Below are positions 27,535 to 32,000 of a DNA stretch of 32,000 bases, piece by piece (within the stretch, counting starts at the first letter, position 1; every line of letters begins with the position of its first letter). The notes under the pieces were generated by a model. That model ran no database searches, was not told the DNA's origin, and worked only from the letters and a program-made list of their open reading frames with translations. Source of the stretch: Dickeya solani IPO 2222 (GTDB taxonomy: Bacteria > Pseudomonadota > Gammaproteobacteria > Enterobacterales > Enterobacteriaceae); assembly GCF_001644705.1 (NCBI RefSeq), contig NZ_CP015137.1, forward strand, positions 4,050,001 through 4,082,000, written 5' to 3'. The translations under genes and the position numbers were made by a program.

Positions 27535-27810
27535 AGGGTGAATATAAAACGCTTTCGGTTAGTGATAATTTACGATGTGACGTCGAGTACGATTACGAAG
27601 GGCGTTTAGTGAAACGGGCAGATGTACACTGGCAGGTGCACCACCGGGCGTATGGGTATGATGCGGCAGATAACCTGCGGGACGCGGAAGCTGGCATGGT
27701 GTCTTCTCGTTAGCCGAAACCGGCTGCTGTACTGGCGCAATCTGTGGAACCAGTATGATGATGGTCAGAAGAACCTGACGCGTCGGCGTGAAGGTGACAC
27801 GGAACAATGT
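27535..27810 (+). pseudogene. Orphan degenerate rhs core fragment
   Basis: The DNA and protein match the main rhs gene at about 25410..25670: DVEYDY(DA)EGRLVKRADVHWQVHHRAYGYD.ADNLRDAE...NRLL.WRNLWNQYD. The fragment has a 6-nt deletion and frameshifts, which split it between track ORFs 27519..27713 and 27622..27852. It has no N-terminus and no toxin tip. Confidence 0.8.
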
Positions 27811-28114
27811 TTGATCATTCAACAGCAGAGCAGCATGTTGATGATGAAGTAGCTACATTGTTGTTATTTGTTCCAATTAAATATCCAAAATCAGGTCGAT
27901 TAAATGAAAAAAAATTAAAGGAGTGGGTAGAAAAACGAAGAACTGCATCGTAGAAAATTATTTCTTTTAAGAAAGACTTGCTAATGCAATAAGGTGGATA
28001 AACTAGGCTGTGTCCCTTAATTAATTTTCACTGCCATCACCTGTCAACGTTGTGTGATTTTCCATCTCGCAGGTAATTAGGGATACAGCCTGAATTGAAT
28101 GAGAAAATGTCATA

Positions 28115-29041
28115 TTAATTAGATGCCGAAATGGATGTTGGCGAGCCGCGCTCCAGCGCAGTTTTTAGTGTGTCGCCGCTTAGATGGTCGGTGATACCAT
28201 CAGTTGATGCCCATTGCTCAAAAATGGACAACAGCTTATAGGGCTGCCTGATTAATGGGCTAATGGCCTCATTATGTTTACAGGCGAGCCAGAATAATCG
28301 GGATAGCGGCGTGGATATCCGCGTGGAAGACGATGCGGATGTTTGGTTTTTGGTCGGCATGTCGATTAACTTTTCCAGTTCAGTATGCCGGATGACAAAG
28401 CAGGCATCTTGAGGTAGGTCATGAATTGGAAAATAATCCTTTCGGAAGTCTGGATTCATGCCTTGTGGTAAAATTTTTTCATGAATATCGGTCGATATTT
28501 TTTCAGGAAGTCGCATGATTTTCTGATTGATCCTTTCCTGCCATGTGAGCTTTTCGAATACCTGAAATATCTCTCCTGAAAGGATTACCGATATACCGTA
28601 ATTGATCTCATTCGCACCGATGTGTGGCAATGGAATGTGTAGGGAGCGGGCAAGCAAGCGTTGTACCATAACGTACTCATATCCCGCTAAAAGTGTGTCA
28701 ATAATGGGCTGAGTGGGAGTAATGTATTTTCCCTCGGTACTGAGAATAAGATCTCGTTTGCCAAGGAAACTGCTTCGATCAAGCAAACAGAGCCGGTCGA
28801 TGAGTGAGTGCCCGACTGGCCGTAATTTCAATTTATTATCTAATGTTCGTATTTTTCGTAAAACAATCGGTGACTGGAAGTAGATGGAAAGGCTGATGTC
28901 TCCATATAAAGAATGGCGATAAATATCACTGTCTGTCAATTCTATTTTTGTTGTTTTCTTCGTTATTCTGATAGCCTCTTGTATCGTCATCCATTCAGGC
29001 ATACTGCTTTTAGTGTTTAAAAGGAAGGTTTGTTTTTGCAT
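28115..29041 (-). CDS. Hypothetical 308-aa protein, family unknown
   Basis: This is a long intact ORF in a moderately AT-rich region with no competing ORFs. The N-terminus WMTIQEAIRITKKTTKIELTDSDIYRH could be a small HTH. I recognised no catalytic motif. Confidence 0.55.
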   Translation of the reverse strand: MQKQTFLLNTKSSMPEWMTIQEAIRITKKTTKIELTDSDIYRHSLYGDISLSIYFQSPIVLRKIRTLDNKLKLRPVGHSLIDRLCLLDRSSFLGKRDLILSTEGKYITPTQPIIDTLLAGYEYVMVQRLLARSLHIPLPHIGANEINYGISVILSGEIFQVFEKLTWQERINQKIMRLPEKISTDIHEKILPQGMNPDFRKDYFPIHDLPQDACFVIRHTELEKLIDMPTKNQTSASSSTRISTPLSRLFWLACKHNEAISPLIRQPYKLLSIFEQWASTDGITDHLSGDTLKTALERGSPTSISASN

Positions 29042-30056
29042 GATGTAATCTCCTTCAGCATGACAACCTTTCCTGTGTGTAGAGAGTAACGGGTGATTAA
29101 TAAACTTGCTGGGTATAAAGTTAACGTTCCATATGTAAATTTATAGAGCGAAAAAGGTTTATTTAGAATGACCAGCTTTATCTATTTTTAGGTTTTTTTA
29201 AGAAAGAAAATAACAAATCCACAAGGAATGGGGGAATCTGTATCACAAGTGGGCTACCGCCTGCCGTGGCAGCAGCACTACAGCACCTGGGTTATGCACT
29301 CTTTAGTTTTATGAATGGATGTCATCAAATAGTTTCACTGGCATTGACAGCCCAGAACTGCTCTGTCAGATTGAATTTATAGAATGAAATTTTTACTTAA
29401 AGTGATGCAGTCTGTCATAAAAATATATGTCCTGTTGTTATTGTTGGTCATTACGTGTTAATTCCGGTGTTTTTGAGTGTATGGAAAGGGTAATTGGCAT
29501 CCTCCCAGTATGAACAGGAGGCCCAGTCGTAATTGGCGGGGCGTTTTCGTTTGCCATCATTTGCTGCGTCAGGTTGTATGGATGTTTGCCGTTTTTGACA
29601 CTGACGCCGAAGGTATTGCGGTCATGAAGGATACGTCACCGATATGCCGCCCGGTCTGATGACCGGATTGACGCCATAGGCTGTTTGCACCGAGGGGCAG
29701 ACGGTAGAGCAGGCCCGCCCGTCGTAGGGATGATGACCTTGACTGTATCAGGAGAGGAGCCGGTAAAGCCGTTGTGCGGGGAAGCCGGGTCAGCCATTGC
29801 GCCTTTCGGATCGGTCGGCCTATGCGTCCTTGAGCACGTTGTGGATCCTTGCAGGAGCCGGGCTTTATGGCCGCAACCGGAAGAGGCAAACAATTTCCCC
29901 GGCGCAAGCGCCTTCCTCGCGCAGCAAATTCTTTACCTCTTCCGGTCCTTCACGGTGTTGCGGTCGCAAGCGATGCGGCCAGCCCGACTCCTGCCGTTCG
30001 GATCACAACAAAGGACGCGACAGGCGCGACCTTGAAAATCCGAAAGGAGCAACATC

Positions 30057-30368
30057 ATGGCTAACATCGGCACCTTCACCGCACAAAACAACGGCTTCAC
30101 TGGCACCGTCCGCACCCTGACTTTGAATGTCAAGGCCAGGTTCATCCCCTGCGACAAAAGCAGCGAGCACGCCCCTGACTTTCGCATTCAGACCCTCGGT
30201 GGTTATGACATCGGCGCAGCCTGGCGGAAAATCAGCCAGGCCGAACGGCCTTATCTGTCGGTGACGCTCGACGATCCTTCCTTCCCGGCAACCCTCTATG
30301 CTCGCCTTATCGAAGACGAGAATGGCAAGCACCAGTTGATCTGGTCGCGCAGCAAACCGTCGGCCTGA
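30057..30368 (+). CDS. DUF736 domain protein (common on ICEs and plasmids)
   Basis: [31 protein letters not shown]...APDFRI...[39 protein letters not shown] matches the DUF736 signature as I recall it. The RBS is AAGGAG. Confidence 0.8.
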   Translation: MANIGTFTAQNNGFTGTVRTLTLNVKARFIPCDKSSEHAPDFRIQTLGGYDIGAAWRKISQAERPYLSVTLDDPSFPATLYARLIEDENGKHQLIWSRSKPSA

Positions 30369-30381
30369 CAGCCAGACACCT

Positions 30382-30405
30382 CGCCCCGCCAGTCACGGCG
30401 GGGCG
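30382..30405 (+). terminator. GC-rich hairpin after the DUF736 gene
   Basis: cgccccgcc / ggcggggcg forms a 9-bp stem with a 6-nt loop, 14 nt past the stop. The U-tract is weak. Confidence 0.45.
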
Positions 30406-30471
30406 CACACTGTTTGCTCCGGCAATAAGCCTGTGGCTCATTGCGTTTTCGTGGCTCTTGAGATAGTCAAT

Positions 30472-30511
30472 GCTGTATGTCCCCTGCATCAATGCACAGG
30501 GGACATACAGC
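30472..30511. terminator. Strong hairpin between the convergent DUF736 and integrase genes
   Basis: A 15-bp perfect inverted repeat (gctgtatgtcccctg / caggggacatacagc) has a 10-nt loop. On the plus strand TTTTT follows at 30518..30522. It lies 13 nt from the integrase stop. Confidence 0.65.
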
Positions 30512-30523
30512 GAATACTTTTTG

Positions 30524-31806
30524 CTAACCGATGATAAAGTTTACTGCGCGCTCCCTGCATTCTCGCGCATAAAGATAGGGCGCAACGTATCCTTCCCGGT
30601 TCATGTCCAGATAATCCGACCACCATTGCATCATCGCTTTTCGGGCATCGAGATATTCCGCTTTATGAATGTAAGCCGCTCGAACGCTATTGCGTTCCTG
30701 ATGACTCATTTGACGCTCAACCGCATCCTGCGCCCACAGTCCAGATTCCATCAGGGCACTACAGGCCATTGCCCGGAACCCGTGGCCGCAGATTTCATCT
30801 TTTGTGTTATAACCCATCAGGCGCAACGCCTTGTTGACCGTGTTTTCGCACATTGGCTTATACGGATTATGGTCACCGGGAAATATTAGCTCCTGGTGCC
30901 CGGATATTTCCCGTATCTGTTTCAGAATAGTGATGGACTGACGGCAAAGGGGAACGATATGCGGCGTGCGCATTTTGGCACCACGCCCGGAATAACGCAC
31001 GCCGGGGATGGCTTTGCGGGTAGCGGGAATAGTCCAGATGTGGTTTCTGAAATCAATTTCCGACCAGCGAGCGAAGCGCAATTCGCTGGAGCGGATGAAC
31101 AGATGCAGGGTGAGCGATACAGCCAGCCGGGTTAATTCCCGTCCTTGCCGGTAGTCCTCAATGCGCGTCAACAGTTCCGGTAGTTGATCCAGCGGCAGGG
31201 CAGGGCAGTGACGTTTAACTGGCGGGGTGATAATACCGTCCAGATTGGCCGCCGGATTGTGTTCTATCAGTTCCTGATGCACGGCATAGCGCATGATGTT
31301 GCACAGGTGCTGCCGGGTACGGGCTGCCACTTCCAGTAAACCTTTTTTCTCAATCCCTTTCAGCAGGCCGATGAAATGGCGGGGTTTCAGCTCCGTGACG
31401 GGCTGGTGCCCGATAACCGGAAGAGATGGTTGTTCATACTGGCAAGCAGACGGGCGGCGTGGTTCTCTGACCATGTCCGGTTGCTCTTGTGCCAGTCCAG
31501 CGCTACGTCCCTGAATGATTTTTCTGGTGAGCGGGACGCTTTTTCCGCCGCCCGTTGGTGCGCGGGGTTGATATTCTGCGCCAGCAGTTTACGGATGCCG
31601 TCACGCTGTTGACGCGCATCGGCCAGCGATACATCGGGGTAGGTACCTAAACCGAGGCGGGATTCTTTTCTATTGATACGATATTTGAGATACCAGAGAC
31701 GTGAACCGCCTGGATTAACTAAAAGGTACAGACCGTGAGAATCGGAAACTTTGAAGGGTTTTGCGGATGGTTTTAAGTTGCGGATTTTTGAGTCGTTAAG
31801 AGACAT
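30524..31806 (-). pseudogene. int: P4-type tyrosine integrase, split by a 1-nt frameshift
   Basis: The N-terminal ORF is 31387..31806 (MSLNDSKIRNLKPSAKPFKVSDSHGLYLLVNPGGSRLWYLKYR) and the catalytic C-terminal ORF is 30524..31474 (HGFRAM...R, Y region). They are in different frames. The sequences would join as ...NNHLF|PVIGHQPVTEL if one C were restored in the run at 31417..31421. Confidence 0.85.
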
Positions 31807-31967
31807 GTGGGGGTCACTCCGTCATCGAACCAACTTGACCCCAAATCTGACCACCAAATTCTCCCGATGCGGAGGGAAAACTGAAAATGCATCGGGAAGA
31901 TATTTCACACTAACTTATTGAACCCCAATCACATAAGGATTCGCAGAGCGGCATGAAAACAAGAATT

Positions 31968-32000
31968 TGGCTCCTCTGACTGGACTCGAACCAGTGACAT
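31968..32000 (-). tRNA. tRNA-Asn, 3' portion only (the 5' part is beyond the window)
   Basis: The reverse complement, ATGTCACTGGTTCGAGTCCAGTCAGAGGAGCCA, is identical to the variable loop, T-arm, acceptor stem and CCA of enterobacterial tRNA-Asn as I recall it. Confidence 0.85.

Noticed and set aside
29569-30187. A cluster of overlapping 70-116-aa ORFs on both strands upstream of the DUF736 gene.
   Set aside because: They overlap one another, are rich in Arg, Pro, Ala and Gly, and have no start context. I interpret the region as non-coding GC-rich DNA and report it as a candidate structured leader instead.
30470-30889. A 139-aa plus-strand ORF, plus ORFs at 30896..31135, 31293..31514 and 31376..31612.
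   Set aside because: These are antisense to the integrase (pseudo)gene, which has clear tyrosine-recombinase sequence.

Overview
The window is an accessory genomic island of enterobacterial type, sitting next to a tRNA-Asn gene whose 3' end lies at 31968..32000 on the minus strand. Reading right to left, it contains the blocks below.

- **Integrase end:** a P4-type tyrosine integrase broken by a 1-nt frameshift, then a DUF736 gene preceded by a long GC-rich stretch that appears non-coding, then an orphan 308-aa gene.
- **Auxiliary type VI secretion (T6SS) effector module:** a candidate sigma-54 promoter with upstream repeats, hcp, vgrG, a DUF1795/Eag-type adaptor, and a 1395-aa prePAAR-PAAR-Rhs toxin. 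The AT-rich 119-aa C-terminal toxin cassette carries GIY-YIG-like motifs. A leucine-rich-repeat (LRR) immunity candidate and a degenerate orphan rhs core fragment follow.
- **Regulatory block:** one XRE gene, a Ner-like gene, two tandem XRE paralogs with a duplicated operator pair, AlpA, DUF2857 and TraR/DksA.
- **Metabolic cargo:** a LysR-controlled five-gene operon of mosaic composition (amidohydrolase, DMT transporter, SMP-30 lactonase, aldo/keto reductase, NAD(P)H oxidoreductase).
- **Type IV secretion (T4SS) operon:** a VirB-type set running from virB1 to virB11. virB10 carries an in-frame amber stop, and virB11 is cut by the window edge.

I saw no rRNA, CRISPR array or IS transposase. 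The many antisense ORFs inside GC-rich genes are treated as shadow ORFs. All homology calls come from reading the translated sequences and recalling family motifs. No database search was run.
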